A stretch of DNA of 64,000 nt, taken from the human T2T-CHM13v2.0 reference genome, Homo sapiens. Location: NCBI RefSeq assembly GCF_009914755.1, contig NC_060935.1; one strand, written 5' to 3'. The position numbers and the translations under genes are program-made. Under the pieces are notes generated by a model. The model saw only the letters and a program-made list of their open reading frames with translations. It did not search any database and was not told the DNA's origin. Below, piece after piece: positions 1 through 14,550 of this stretch; the stretch's first letter is position 1; every line of letters starts with the position of its first letter.

Positions 1-165
1 GGGACTACAGGCATGCACCACTATGCCCGCTAATTTTTTATTTTTTGTAGAGATAAAGTCTCACTATGTTGTCAAGATTGGTCTTGAACTCCTGTGCTCA
101 AGAAATCCTCTAGTCTGTGCCTTCCAAATTGTTGGGATTACAGGCGTGAGCCACCATGCTTGGCT
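1..165 (-). mobile_element. Alu (AluJ-like), cut by the window edge
   Basis: Reverse-complement Alu left arm: gggactacaggcatgcaccac...gggattacaggcgtgagccaccatgcttggc. Confidence 0.93.
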
Positions 166-501
166 CAAACTTTTTTTGTCATTCTTTATTTATAAATAAA
201 CAAAAAGTTATGAGCAAAATATTGATTTTCCCCATATTAAATACCTTTAAGCATGCTTGCTTCTTGCTTATAAAATTATCTAAACTAGATTAAATTGATG
301 ATAATCCTACTCACAAGGAATAATGTATATCTAAATCATTTCTATGATTTATTTCAATGACATAACCCTCATAGTAGAGAAACTAATCTTAAAAAGGCAT
401 GTAGCCAGGAATGGAAGAAAAGATTTTAAAATCATTTTGAGCAATCTCAGGGTATTCATTTTCAACTTTTATCCAAAAGGAAACAAGTGATGCTATATTT
501 T

Positions 502-935
502 TTTTTCAACTTTTATTTTAGATACGCGTGTACATATGCAGGCTTGTTACATGGGTATATTCCACTCAGGTAGCAAGCATAGTACCCAACAAGTAGTTTC
601 TTTGACCCATGACCCCCTCTTTCCCCTCCATACTCTAGTAGTCCACAGTGTCTGCTGTTCCCATGCTTATGTCCATGGGTGCTCAATGTTTAGCTCCCAC
701 TTATAAGCGAGAAAATGCCATATTTGGTTTTCTGTTCCTGCATTAATTCAGTTAGGATTATGGCCTCCAGCTCAATCCATGTTGCTGCAAAGGACATGAT
801 TTCATTCTTTTTTATGGCTGCATAGTAGTCCATAGTGTATATGCACCACGTTTTCTTTATCCAATCCAGCATTCATTGGCACCTAGGTTGATTCCATGTC
901 TTTGCTATTGTAAGTAGTATGGCAATGAGCATATG
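502..935 (-). mobile_element. 5'-truncated L1 3' end (L1PA13-16-like) with 16-bp TSD
   Basis: PolyT head and L1 3'UTR. ORF 690..872 is the ORF2p C-terminus (WIKKTWCIYTMDYYAAIKKNE). TSD agtgatgctatatttt at 486-501 and 936-951. Confidence 0.92.
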
Positions 936-1344
936 AGTGATGCTATATTTTCAAAATCATTCTTCAGTTCTTCATTATTCATCCCCAATACTTTATCTTA
1001 TAAAATTATACTTAAACATAGATTATCTTCTAATAAAAGAAGTTGATTCATGGTTTTACTTACAGAGATTACAGTTGACAAACTATCCTTAAAATATCAC
1101 ATTATAATGTGACTAATACACAGCTTATACTACACAGAACTCCTTGTGTGAGTTCAATAACAGCCAAAATGCATCTAACCTGGTTAAGTAAGACAAATCT
1201 ACTTATCAAGAACTTAGATGTCACCACAATGTCAAGTTGCTATAAAATTTTCTAAAAGCTTACCTTTCAATTTCTGCATTTATCTCACTGCAGAATGGGG
1301 ACAGATAGTTCATAAGTCAGCTTCACTCACAAACCATACTTTGA

Positions 1345-4300
1345 ATATTACTGCTCTAGATAACCTACTAAGGAAAATGAGTGCAGCAAATAAGAGAAAA
1401 ATTCCATGAAGATTGAGAATTCTGTCAGATAGGTGAAGCTTTCAGTACTCTAGTGATCTGGGACAGGCTGAGACATTGTCTCCAAGATAAATGACAAGTT
1501 CTTAGATCTAACATCTCCTACCACTAAGAAAAAGGCATACATTTGGGATATAAACTGTACTTGGGAATACTGCTTTGACCTATTAACAGGTGCCTTGGAA
1601 GGCTTTCAACAAGAACAGGCTTTGCAGCATATCTAGGCTAAGGGTACAAGCTGTCATGCCACTCAGGCCATGTAAACCAGAGGCAGAGAGAGTTATCCAT
1701 AGTATGTAAGATTATTTTGTGGAGTCTTTTGTAAGCACCAACTGGAGAGACCCCTGACATGCTACTGGGCCCTAGAGACATGTGTGAAATCAAGAAACTA
1801 TGTAACCAGAGGTGTCCATTAGGATCTGGGCATTATCAGATCTACCAAGCTATAAGGTTGAGTGGGCACAACAGAAATTCATCATATAATGGACATAGCA
1901 CATTTTGGATTGAGCCAGAGCAGGTCCAGAAGACACAAGTGAATTACTAGAGGAAAAAAAAAAAAAACATAAACAGTTATTTTTTCTCTACTCACAACAC
2001 TTATGTCACCAAATGTGTGGGGGTTTTTTTTGTTTGTTTTTTGTTTTTTGTTTTTCACACCAAAAAACAATTCTTCAATTCTCTGGACACTAACTGCGTG
2101 TCCTAGAATTCAATTCAGTTCTGATGCTATCTACTTGGAATTGACATCAGATCCCACAGGTTGAGGGCTCAGTTCCACAAGACTGTCCACACTTCAGAAT
2201 GCCAATCACTAGTCCTGGACCTTCAGTACTTCTGACCCACTTGGCTACAAATCAGGGGTTCCCACAACCTGCTCCTAAGGTTCAATAATTTGCTATAATG
2301 CCTCACAGAACTCAGGGAAACACCTTACTCACTGTGACTGGTTTATTCTAAAGAATACTATTAAGGGTACAGATGAAGAATTACATAGGGCAGGGTTAGT
2401 GGGAAGGGGTACAGAGCTTTCATGTCCTCTCCAGTTGCACTTGGAAACTCTCCAAGCCCTGTTGTGTAGGGTTTTTATGGAGGTTCCATTATGCAGACAT
2501 GGATGATTACATCATCGGCCTTTGGTGATTGAACTCAATATCCAGCCTCTCTCCCCTCCCTAGAGGTTTGGGGATGGGGCTGAAAGTTCCAACCCTTTAA
2601 TCACATGGTTGATTCCTCTAGCAACCAGTCCCCACCCTGAAGCTATCTAGTGGCTTTTAGCCACCATCATTTCATTAACATATACAAAGACAGTCTTATC
2701 AGTTCTGAGATTCCAAGGGTCTTAGAAGCTCTGTGCCAGGAAGCTCTGTGACAGGTCTTTGAGGACAGAGACCAAATATATATTTCTAATTATGTCGCAG
2801 TATGTTCATAGGTGGGCTAGACTTCCATGTTTCCTACCTCTATTCAAAGATGCCTCTCCCCTAATTCATATTTAATACCTCAAATGACCAACTAAGGAAA
2901 AAGAAAGACCTCAGTCTGGTTTGTAAAAAGTACAATAAGTTAATATTAGCCAAAAATTGTAGTTGTATTAAAGCCCTACTCAAGAGTGACTAAAGAAAAT
3001 TTTCCCAGTGGTAAATATTCCCAGTGGGCAGACAGGGAACATTATGCTTTGTCATTGACCACAGGTGAAGGAAAAGAAACCTGTGCTATGTATATACATG
3101 GACTCCTGAGTGGCAAGTGGTTTGGCTGGAAGGAACCTGGAAGGAACACACTTGGAAGGTTAGGAACAAGGAGGTCTGGTGAAGAGATAAGCAAATAAGC
3201 CTATAGGAGTAGGCATAAAGCACAAAGACCTTTGTACCTCCTGATACACACCAGAGATCATCTACTACTGAAGAAGTGCTCAATAACCATAGATTTGTCC
3301 TATGGAATCAGCCAGCCCATCTCCTCAGCCAACCAGTGTGGATGCAATGATCCCATAAACAGAGTAGCAGCAATGATCAAAGGGATGGAAGCTACACATG
3401 GACCCCAAAGCCTGGGTTCTCTCTCATCATGATTGATTGAGCTATTTCCACTGATGACTGCCTGACATGCAACATTAGAGACCTGCCCTGAACTTTGATA
3501 TGGCACAACTTTTCCAGAAACCAGCCAGCCACTTGGAGACGCTCTGTTACATCAGACCCTTACACCAATTTTTCCTTGCCAGAATTGTCACTCTGGATGA
3601 TTTTGCCTTCCTTGCCTATAATACCTCCAATACCTCCACTGATGCTACAACCCAAGGGCTTACCAGATGTCTGACCTATAAACATGATATCACATACAAT
3701 GTTGCTTTGGATCAAAGCTCCCATTTTATGACCCAAAAAAAGGTGAACTGATAGGCTCATGACCAAGACCATGACCATGGGATACACTGATCTAACATGG
3801 TACTCTATCACCCCAAAATAGCCAGTCCAGTTGAAGAGTGGACTGACCTGCTAAAGCTCCAACTAAGATGCCAGCAAAGGTCATTACTCTATGGAATGAC
3901 ATCCTCCAAGGTGGATTAGATGTGCTGAAATAACAGCTGATGTATGCTGCTCTAGCCCCAATAGCTAGAATTTACAGAAATGGGAATCAAGGGGTACAAG
4001 TAGGAATGGTCACTCTTACCATCACTTCCTGTAACCCACATAAGGAATCTGTCCTTCTTAACTCCATGACACTACACTAAACCAGGTTAGAGGCCCGGGT
4101 TCCCAGGGGCAGAATACATGTGTCAGGGAACACAGTAAAGATTTTGCTGAACTGAAAGCTGTGACTATCATCTAACTACTTTGGGATATTCATAACAATG
4201 GACCAATAGGCCACAAAAATATGGCCATATATATAATGGCCAAGGAAAACTACCATTCGGGCTGGGAAACACACCCTGATTTCGATGAGGATTTGGGGTT

Positions 4301-4640
4301 ACTGCTACACAATAAGAATAGGGAGAAATATGTCTGGTATCTAGAGGTTTGCAGGTATGTCACTTGGTGCTTTCATGCCCAGAGATAACACTAAATATGC
4401 ATTATAGCAACCACAGCCCAAAAAAGGCTACTAAAGGCTCAGACTCCTCAGGGATGAAAGGCAGGGTGGCCCTACCAAGATGAGTCAGAATGCTCACTGA
4501 GGGCAAAGAAATCTAGAGGAAGGTGAGGAATATCAACTACAACTTTGGGACCAGCTGAAGTAACAGACATAGCAGTTTGCTTTACAAACCTCTCATTTTG
4601 AGTCTTTTCAGAGATTGTGACTAGCCTCTTCCTTGAAGGG
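1345..4640 (+). mobile_element. Degenerate ERVL internal region (pol RT/RNaseH/integrase), interrupted by MER21
   Basis: Resembles HERVL-type pol: gctactgggccctagagac; gagcaggtccagaagacacaagt; ggtaaatattcccagtgggcaga. Integrase-like peptide HDITYNVALDQSSHF in ORF 3500..3751. Confidence 0.8.
1975..2800 (-). mobile_element. MER21-family solo LTR
   Basis: The reverse complement of the right end reads ...ataattagaaatatatatttggtctctgtcc...cttcctggcacagagcttctaagacccttggaatctc, the MER21 5' signature. Body contains cagatcccacaggttgagggctcag. Confidence 0.85.
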
Positions 4641-5274
4641 AATTCTGTGCATTGTGGGACTTGTAGCTTCTATAAGGAAAAAAAGAAGGCATCTTCTTTC
4701 ATAAAAATAAGAGAATGTTCAACATAAGCAAAAGCGTGGAGGCAAAAAACATCAAGCAGTAGCACATTGCTGGACAAACTGTATTTAGGGGTGATGGGAT
4801 GAATGTGAAATCTTGTCTAAGGGCACGTGGAGAAGGAACATAAGAGACCTCAAATTTAGGGCTTCTTATCCTAAATACCAAACTCTTTCCCCTGCATCTT
4901 GGTATTTACTGAGTAAGAGCCACATAGCAAGCCTCTGTTGATGTAAAGATGTATATACTGCGCCATCCTCAAGGATTAATTTAAACTTGTCCTTAAGCAT
5001 GTATTTGCAAGTAAAGAAGAATAACACAAGGCAGCCAGAGCTAAGTGCCAAGAAAATTAATTATACAGTCAGACAGTGCTAGTAGAGCTCCTGAAGAAGA
5101 AATAGTTCCCCAAGGAGGGCCAGATGGGTAGATGCCACCTGCTGAGCTTCAGCCTGTGCTTGGCTTTACCAACTACCACTGTCTTAGAAGCATTTAGAAG
5201 CAAAAGTTGAGGGAGAGCTGTTCTTGTAGATGCAGTGACCTTTCATTTGGGCATAACTCTTGTGCCAGCTATGA

Positions 5275-6592
5275 AGCTAGGAGGATATTTGTGTGCCATA
5301 TAAATCCTCACCAAAGGGCATCCAGTGCAGATGAGGCTCTTAAGCAGGGAGAACATGTAACATATTCTTTGGATGTCAGTCAGACTCTTTCCCTAGGCAC
5401 TCCAGTACTTGATCGGTGGGCCTAGGTACAAAGTGCCATGATGGCATAGATAGAGGCTATTCATGGGATCAATAACATGAACTTTCTCTCTCCAAGGCTA
5501 ACTTGCCTATCCCTATTGCCATACCTAACCTCCCAAAAGCAGAGATCAGCACATAGCCTCCTATATGGCACCATTTACCAGAGGGATCAGCCAGCCACCT
5601 GGTAGCAGGTTGACTGCATTGGACTCCCTCCATCATGAAGTGGGCAGAGAGTTAGACATGGGATAGACATGTACTCTGGGTTATAGATTTGCCATCATTT
5701 TCTTGTAATGCCTCTGCTAGCACCACTATCCGTGGGATTACAAAATGCCTTATTCACCATCATGGTGTTCCTCACAACATTGATTCTAATCAAGGAATTC
5801 ATTTCTCAGCAAAAGAAGTGTGGCAACGGGCTCAGGTCCATGGAATTCACTCTTATTATATACCTTATCACCCAGAAACAACTGGCCTAAAATAATGGTG
5901 AAATGAGCTACTTAAGTCTCAGCTGTGGTTCTTCCAATTAGGAGATAGCCCTCTGAAATAATGGTGTTCTGCCATACAGCATAGAGTATACACTTTGAAT
6001 CAGGGACCAATATATGGTGCTATTTTTTTCATGGCTAGAATACATAGATCTTAGAATCAAAGGGTAGAGTGGAAGTGGTTCCTCTCACCATTACACTTAA
6101 TAACTCACAGAATTTTTGCTTCCTGTCACTGCAACTTTGAGCTCTGCTAGTTTGGAGATCTTGTATCCCGAGGAGAAAAGCTCCCACTAGGAGAAGTAAC
6201 CGTGATTCCACTGAATTGGAAGTTGAGACTCCTCTCTGGCCATTTTGGGTTCCTGTGCCACTGAATCAACAGATAAGAAAAGGGGATTACTCTACTAGTT
6301 GGGGTAATTGATTCAAGAGCTGGTTGCAGAAATGTCTATACCTAGAGCTCAGGGAATTCTCTGGGGCAGCCCACACTACTTCCATGCTAATGGAAGTTAA
6401 AAGTTAATAGAAATCATAGCAAACAAAAATATACAGGATCTCTAAGGATTCAGACTCTTTAGGAATAAAGGTTTGAGTCATCCCAACAAGTAAGAAATAC
6501 TGAAATACAGACCAACTGATGTCCTGGCTGAGGATGATGAAAACACAAAACAGGTAGTGGAAAAAGGAAGATTGCACATGCATAGACAGGCA

Positions 6593-6627
<35 letters not shown>

Positions 6628-7042
6628 TATGACCAGCTATATCAACAAAGACTGTAGCCATTATACATATTTTCTTCTGTGTGTATGTATTATTTTATTT
6701 TCTGTCTTTCTTCCCTTATTATGTTACACCATACACATTGTTGGAGATTAACTTTGCAATTTACTCTTGAAGGAAAAACAATATTCAGGTGATGGAACTG
6801 TGACTACCTTTGAGGAGAGGATTAACATAACCTAGTAGTAGATAGTGAGACTGTCTCCCAAAAATGAATCCAATGACTGTTGAACGATTGCAACTCCTCA
6901 TTTTGAAGGAAAGAATGAGAATATCTTTCTTTGTACAATAGAAGGTTGCACCTTGTCAGATAAAAGAATAAGATGGTTTTTAATGGTTGTAAGAAGTTCA
7001 AAGAAAGGACTGTATAAATATTGAGTATCCAAAGGGGTAACC
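5275..7042 (+). mobile_element. Second degenerate ERVL internal segment (RNaseH end, integrase, 3' region, PPT)
   Basis: ORF 5689..5895 is integrase-like (TTIRGITKCLIHHHGVPHNIDSNQGIHF). PPT-like ccaaaggggtaacc lies directly before the LTR TG at 7043. Confidence 0.82.
6594..6623. repeat. (CA)n microsatellite
   Basis: Continuous acacac run. Confidence 0.95.
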
Positions 7043-7657
7043 TGTCACACACTTGTCTTTTCAATTTGAACTCATCCTCCTAAATTCTGCTTTATGATGC
7101 TGGGGCTTCTACTTGGCTACTGACCCGTATCAATTGAGGCTCTGTCAATCAAGGCTGCTGGAGGAAGACTGAAGAGCTGGAAGACGAGTAGGGAATTTGG
7201 TCCTTCCTCTTGGAGTCTTGTTTCTGTCAGACTTATTTGCCCAGCAATGGCAATTTGTTTCATAGCAGGAGTTGAATACAGTTTGAAGTTTTTCCAACAC
7301 GGACTCTACACGGACTCTCTGTGCCTCCTCAGAGCCATCAGTTGTAGACTTCCTTAGAAGGTTTGAGTCTCAGCTCTATGGGGCCCCTTCTGCAAGCTCA
7401 GAGACATTAGCTCCAAACAAGCAGTTCCCCCTTCTCAGAGGTTTAACTCTCAGCTCTGTGTGGCCCCCGGTTCTAGGGATGGTAGCTGCTTCCTGAAGTT
7501 GCTAAGTCCCTGAGACCCTTGTGTTCTCTTTTGCCTTTTCAGTTAGTAAGCAATTATTCTTGGCTATTTAAAAGTCTTTTGTGTAAATTCCCTATGTTTA
7601 AAATGCTCACGATACCTGGCATAGTTTCTGTCCCCTGATTAGACCCTGGCTAATATG
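7043..7657 (+). mobile_element. ERVL LTR (LTR33/LTR41-like), the 3' LTR of the preceding internal segment
   Basis: Starts with TGT after the PPT. Contains ctagggatggtagctgcttcctgaagttgcta. Ends ...tttctgtcccctgattagaccctggctaatat. Confidence 0.7.
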
Positions 7658-8734
7658 TCTCTTAAAAGGGAACTGTACGATGAGGGAGTGAGACAAAAGC
7701 GGAAGCCTTACCTTTGAATCTGGCCTTCACACTTCCTTCTCCACAAGATCTTATCCAACTCTGAGTACAGCACTCCCCATCTCATATGTTATGCTCTAGC
7801 AACATTGGAACAGCCTGCAGCTCTGCCTACACCATGTGGTGTCTGCGTCTATGTGACCTACCTCTTCTAGGAATCATGACAGGACCATCTCTTTAGATCA
7901 AAGTTGAGTAATAAGGGATGGAGCTGGAGACATAGGTTGGGCCAGGCCTTGAATGGATGACCAAGAGTTTGACTTTCTGCTGCTGAGAGGATAGACTTCC
8001 AGAAAGATTTTAAGCTGGAGACTCATATGAAAACAGCAGTACTTCAGGAGCTACATTTGGAAGCCACATTGGAATGTTCTTCCAGCCCAAAATTTCCCTT
8101 CCCCATTCTAACATTCCTATTAAGGAAAATATGTCCCCAAAGCTATGCAACTCTTTCTTCCTCTCCTTACCCTGTCAGTGCTACTCTGAGGGCAAAGCTT
8201 GTACCTTTTTGCCACCAGAGGAGACACCCTCCATCCCCATCATCATGATCACCACTACCACCGTTGCATTTTGTAAGTTACCAGTAGTGGATGGAAGAAA
8301 CCTGGCCAAGGAGGTGGAAGATTGAGAAAGGGAAGAGTAGAGGCTGACGTAAGAGGAGGCTAGAAGAGAGAGACTGGTAGGAAAGAAAGAAGTTTATAAG
8401 AGGAGAAATGGGAGATGGGCCTTAGTGAGAATAGTGTGCTCTCATTAATAAGTGAATGCATCAATTCAATAACGACAGAGCAAAATGGACAGAGGGCAAA
8501 CACTGTTCAGACCCTTCTCTTTGTAGCAGAAGGCTATGCTGTCTTCATTTGAGAGCAACTTGACTGGCAACTTGATACTGCAAATCTAATGGGAATGAGA
8601 GTGTCTCATAGGACAATCTTTCCATTAATCTACACCACTTCATTACTTAACAGGGGATGGTGAAACTTAAGAAAAGCTAATTATGGAACAGAAGGGAGAG
8701 TTTACTTCCTGATCCCTATGATCCCAAACTCTTC

Positions 8735-9450
<716 letters not shown>

Positions 9451-10188
9451 AATGTGACCAAGAGGGTCTTCTTCTCTCTCTCCACCCCTCACAATAATTT
9501 CCCCAGCCTCATCCCTCTAGAGCCAACCCACTCTAGCTTTCCCATCTCTTGCTACTTACACCTCCCCATCCGTGCCCCCAGGGAACCCTCAGTCAGAACA
9601 GAGGGATTTATGAGCTGCAACTCTCCCTTCCTGAGATCAATGGCCTAAGATCAATAGCTATAATGCAGAAAATTAATCCATATTCATTAGAATTGAATTC
9701 AGCAAATGATATTATTAATATAAAAATTCCTTTGGAAGTATACGGAAAAGAATTAAAGAGAAAATTGTTCTAATGTCACTACTATCTGCCAAGCCACAGA
9801 TTTAAGAAATTCAGGCAAGGAGAACAGTTTATTTTCAAAGAAAGCTTGAAAAGTCCTTTAGGGGTATAGCTACGTTTGCCATTAAGATGCAGCAGGTGTG
9901 GAGATGGAACAGATGCTTTCCTCCCTATGGATTTGGAGGTCTAGGAAGTAGAATTGACTAACCCACTTATGAGTCACCTCCAGTCCTAGAATCCTAGGAC
10001 TGCCATGCTTCTCCCTAACATCACGAGGAGTCACAGCTGTGTTTGAGGGATATCAACCACAATCACTAACTCAGAAAACAGCCTGGACTCCTGAAGACCA
10101 GTCTGTCTCCTGAACCCCACATCCCAAACCATCATGCACTCACAAACTAAGAAGAGATGTCACAGGAACCATTGTTAGAAATCAAAGG

Positions 10189-10521
<333 letters not shown>

Positions 10522-10534
10522 TCATGGGAATGCA

Positions 10535-10735
10535 AGCAGAGGGCCTGATTCCAATTTTTACTTCTTCTGTTACTAGTTGTGGGAAACTGATATAATTCCT
10601 TTGAGGCTTGTTTTCTTTATCTGTAAATAAAGACAATAATATAATAATTCCTACCTTAACAGGGTTATTATGAAGATTAACTAACAGAAGGCACTATGAA
10701 AGAGATTTGCAAACTGCAAAATGCTATTTAACATC
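10535..10735 (+). mobile_element. MIR
   Basis: MIR core: ttttctttatctgtaaataaagacaataat...cctaccttaacagggttattatgaagattaa. Confidence 0.75.
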
Positions 10736-10789
10736 ATTATATTGCCCTAAAATCTCAAAAATGTTATTCTGAAGGAGGTATATTATTAA

Positions 10790-10950
10790 TGGGATCTATT
10801 GGTGGGTTCCATGAGGTCCATAAATGCCCTGAAGCTATATGCCAAATTGTACATATATGTATATATGTACACTTTGAAGTAGAAGAGGGTCCATAGCTTT
10901 TAACAAATTCTCTAGGAAGTTTGTGACCCACTAGAGATTGAGAATTGAGA
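10790..10950. mobile_element. hAT-Charlie-type MITE fragment
   Basis: gggtccatagcttttaacaaattctctaggaagtttgtgaccc...ttgagaatt, typical of MER5-related hAT MITEs. Family not resolved. Confidence 0.55.
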
Positions 10951-11759
10951 ACCCTGACATAAAGATACTGAGTGGCAACTCCCCATCCATGTGCAGATTG
11001 AACTAGAGTCTTTCATTTGTTAAAGCAATAGGCTTTATTTAAGCAGGAGTCACTGCAAGATGAAGCATCAAAGCCATTGAGGAAAGCTGTAAAATCTTGA
11101 TGGTTAGAGACAGGAATGGTCTGGGTGCTGATTTGCCGTAAAGCACGTGGAATGGTTTTAATGGCTTCTTGGCCAGTCCTTCAACCCTACACCCAGGGCC
11201 TCCATGCCGCCCAACTCCAGGGAGCCCTGTTCAGCCCTATGTGATTAGAGCCTTTTGGAGCCCAGCTGCAGGACTTGCTCTCCTCATATTACATGTGGTG
11301 CTCCCTGGAGATGGGCGATTCTCAATCCTCACAGCTAAAGGGGTCAGAGATTCTCTGAGAGCCTCTTGCTTTCTCCAAAACTCTAGTTGCTTCCTTCTTC
11401 TGGGCATGAGAGGAGATTTCTGCCCAGAGGGTGAGGGGAGGGTGCATCCAGATTGCTTCTTACTTGATTTTTTACTTTATATTATCTCATATATGCAATC
11501 CACACTCAGGTACAGGGTGGTACTATACTCTCTTCTTCTAAGTGAGGGCTGTCTGGTGTCTCCCTGGGGCCTCTGGAATCCTCCAAGGGAAAAAAGACTG
11601 ATCAGTAACCCAACTCAGTAAAGTCACGGTTGGCCAATTGTTGAGCTTTTCTGGTTTTATTACTCACTCCACTTTATTCCCCACTGATACCACATGCAAA
11701 TTCCATCCAATTGGAGGGCCTCTCTCCAAGGCCTTTTCCAGTGCTTATAAGCTGAGGGC

Positions 11760-12158
11760 TGCTATCATCTGAATGTCCCCTGAAGTTTATGTGTTGAAAC
11801 TTACTCACCAATGTGACAGTATCAAGAGGTGGGGCCTTTAGGAGGAAATTAAGTCATGAGGACAGAGCACTCAAGGATGGTATGAGAGCCCTCACTTATT
11901 AAAGGGCTGGAGGGAGTGGGTTCACCCCTTTTCCATCCCTTTAGCCATGTGAGGACACAGCGTTTGTCCCCTCTGAAGGATGCAGACACAAGCCATCATC
12001 TTGGAAGCAGAGAGGTGGGGCCCTCACTAGACACCGAACCTACCAGTGCTTTGATCTTGAATTTTCCAGCCTCTGGAACTGTGAGAAATAAATTTCTATT
12101 ATGTATAAATTACCCAGTCAGTGGTATTTTGTTACAGCAGCGCAAACAAACTAAGACA
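11760..12158 (+). mobile_element. MaLR solo LTR (MSTC/MSTD-like)
   Basis: Termini tgctat...ctaagaca, internal aataaa, 5-bp TSD agggc/ggggc. Confidence 0.92.
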
Positions 12159-12947
12159 GGGGCTTAGAGGATGGCCCCATATTGGAAGGAAATGAGGAGG
12201 TCCTCTCGTCCTTGCCCCTGTGAATCTCATGTATCTCTTTCCCTGAAAGGCTCCCAGGATGGGCATTTCACAAACTCCCCTCATCAAGAGGCCAAGAGCC
12301 TCCTCCCAGGGTTAACCGAAATCCCGTTACTAGTGCCGCATGAAGCAGGGAAAATGACTCCTCTCTGGGCTCAGTCCCTTGCAGCCCTTTCAGCCTTTCT
12401 CACGGCCCCATTAACTACTTGGGTCTGTTTTCTTTCTCTGGAATGTATGTGTCTTTTCCTGGGAAACTGCCAAGCACTTGGGGGAGACGGTATGGGCAGA
12501 AATGACCACAAAGCTAGAGGGAATGCTTAAGAAATCCAACAACCATTCAACACAGATTTATTGAGCATCTGTCATGTTCCAGGAACTACGCGAGGCACAT
12601 GGGAGAGATGGGCTCTGGCTGGGCGAGCCCCTCCAGCAACCCAGCTTCTGAGGGCATATTAGCCACTCTATGATGCAGTTCCACAAACTTCTTTTACCTT
12701 TGTAGAATTTATTTCAGTCTGTCTAATGGGTAGCGTGGCAATTTGTGTAAAGAACATAACCCCCTACTGGACTGCAAATGCCTTAAGGGTGAGGAGGATC
12801 CACACAGGTGTTCTGTACCTGTTCGTTGAATTAATCAAAAGCAGAATTCATCCTCTGTTATTATCTCTGGAGGCGGTGGGGAGCAAAATTAAATAGGAAA
12901 AGAGCAGTGAACATGCACAAAGCTCCTGAAGCTTTCTCCTCGATTAA

Positions 12948-13035
12948 ACACAGACACATGCATGCATGCATATGCACATGTGTATGTGAGTGCATGCGCA
13001 TGCACACACACGTGCACGCACACACACACACATGT
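12948..13035. repeat. Alternating purine/pyrimidine tract (CA/TG/CATG mix)
   Basis: acacagacacatgcatgcatgcatatgcacatgtg...cacacacacatgt. Confidence 0.9.
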
Positions 13036-14414
13036 TTAAAAGGGACTCTTGGCTCCCTGCTGCTTGCTTGAAAATGCAAGCTTCAAGAGACAATTAAATA
13101 TTGATATCTTTACATCTCAGTATTTTCTTTTCAAATCCAAACAGCCCCAACAGGGGCCATTGCTGGTACTTATTTAACTCCTTAAAAATATCGACAAGGG
13201 CTTTTATCTTTTTAAAATTAAGTCATTAAGTGCAGAGAAGATGCAACAGGCTATGGGGTGGGAATAGGCTAACTCCCCTGAAACAAGCCTGTGGGGAGTC
13301 CCAATTCACTCTCATAGATTTCACCTGGGAGAGCTGGCTCTAAGGGGCCTGGCCAGCTCTGCTAGATCCTGGATTCCGGGCCCAGCCCCCCCGGCCACAC
13401 CCCCTCCATGGTCTGAAAAGGACAAAGGGATGCTCTCTTGGCAGCTTTCCCCAACAGGCACTTGTGCACCCTGCAATCAGAGGCTTGGCAGAGTTATATA
13501 AATTGCCAGTGCATAATGATGGCCTTACTGAATAGATTAACTCAGCAGGGAGTACCAGACAAAGGCAAGCGGGTGCTGGCTGCTGGGCCCTCAACTATCT
13601 GCCCTAGCACCAAGTGTGGTGCCAGTGCTTCTGGACCACACGTGCTAATGGCCTTTTCATCACACTATATTCTCTTTCCCACCTACCATACCTACCACAC
13701 ACCTCTATCCCAAACATACTCTTGCCTGGTCTCCCACAATCAGTCCCAATAGCCTGCCCTCTAGGATCTTCAAGATCAGGGCTGGAAGGGAAAGTGATGA
13801 AACCCTTTCTCAGGAGTTGTTTCATGTAAGGGAGCTTTCAAATGGCTGAATCTTAGCCCCTTGAGTCATTGACAAACATGTCCTATATGTGTCTGTGTTT
13901 CATTTTCCATCACGTGAGCAGGACCCATGTTCTCATATTCTCCACAGGACCCAGTCGAGGACCCTCAACACAATAAGTGCTCACCAAATTCTTTTTGGAA
14001 TAGAATCGAATTCCAAAATTATAGAGCAAGAAAGCATCTTTGAAGTTACGCAAGCAGCCAACAGGCATATTCTGATTGTGACGGATGTGCCATGCACTGC
14101 GTGAACACTGACACAGGGATCCTAGCCTAGCTCCTATGAGTTCCTGGAAACTATAGGCAAATTATATCTTTATGTGCTTGTTTACAGGGAAAAGGTCCAT
14201 GGCTTTTACCGGCTCCTTCATTGGGCCGTGGCCTCTCCCTAAAAAAGGAATGAACAACTGCTAGTCCAATAGGAAGAACAGATATGAAAACCAACAACCA
14301 CAACAGTGTGCTATGACCTGGGACAGAGATCAACACAAGATGCTTGAGGACGTAAAGGAAGGCCCAGTCTAAGAGGACAGAGCCCTGAAATCAGGATTGC
14401 TCCTTTCTAAGGCA

Positions 14415-14550
14415 GATATTACTAGTCCCGTATCACTAATAAGGAAAATGAGGTTCAGAGAGGTTAGGCTACTTGCCCAAGGTCACACATCAGTAAAGCC
14501 AAAATCAAAATCTAAGTCTCTCTGATTCCAAGCTTAGTGCTGTTTTGCAC
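14415..14550 (-). mobile_element. MIR fragment
   Basis: aaggaaaatgaggttcagagaggttaggctacttgcccaaggtcacac. Confidence 0.8.

Noticed and set aside
690-872. ORF similar to L1 ORF2p
   Set aside because: C-terminal remnant of a 5'-truncated L1; not functional.
3500-5895. Integrase-like ORFs as a possible domesticated gene
   Set aside because: Short, frameshifted, stop-riddled ERVL remnants.
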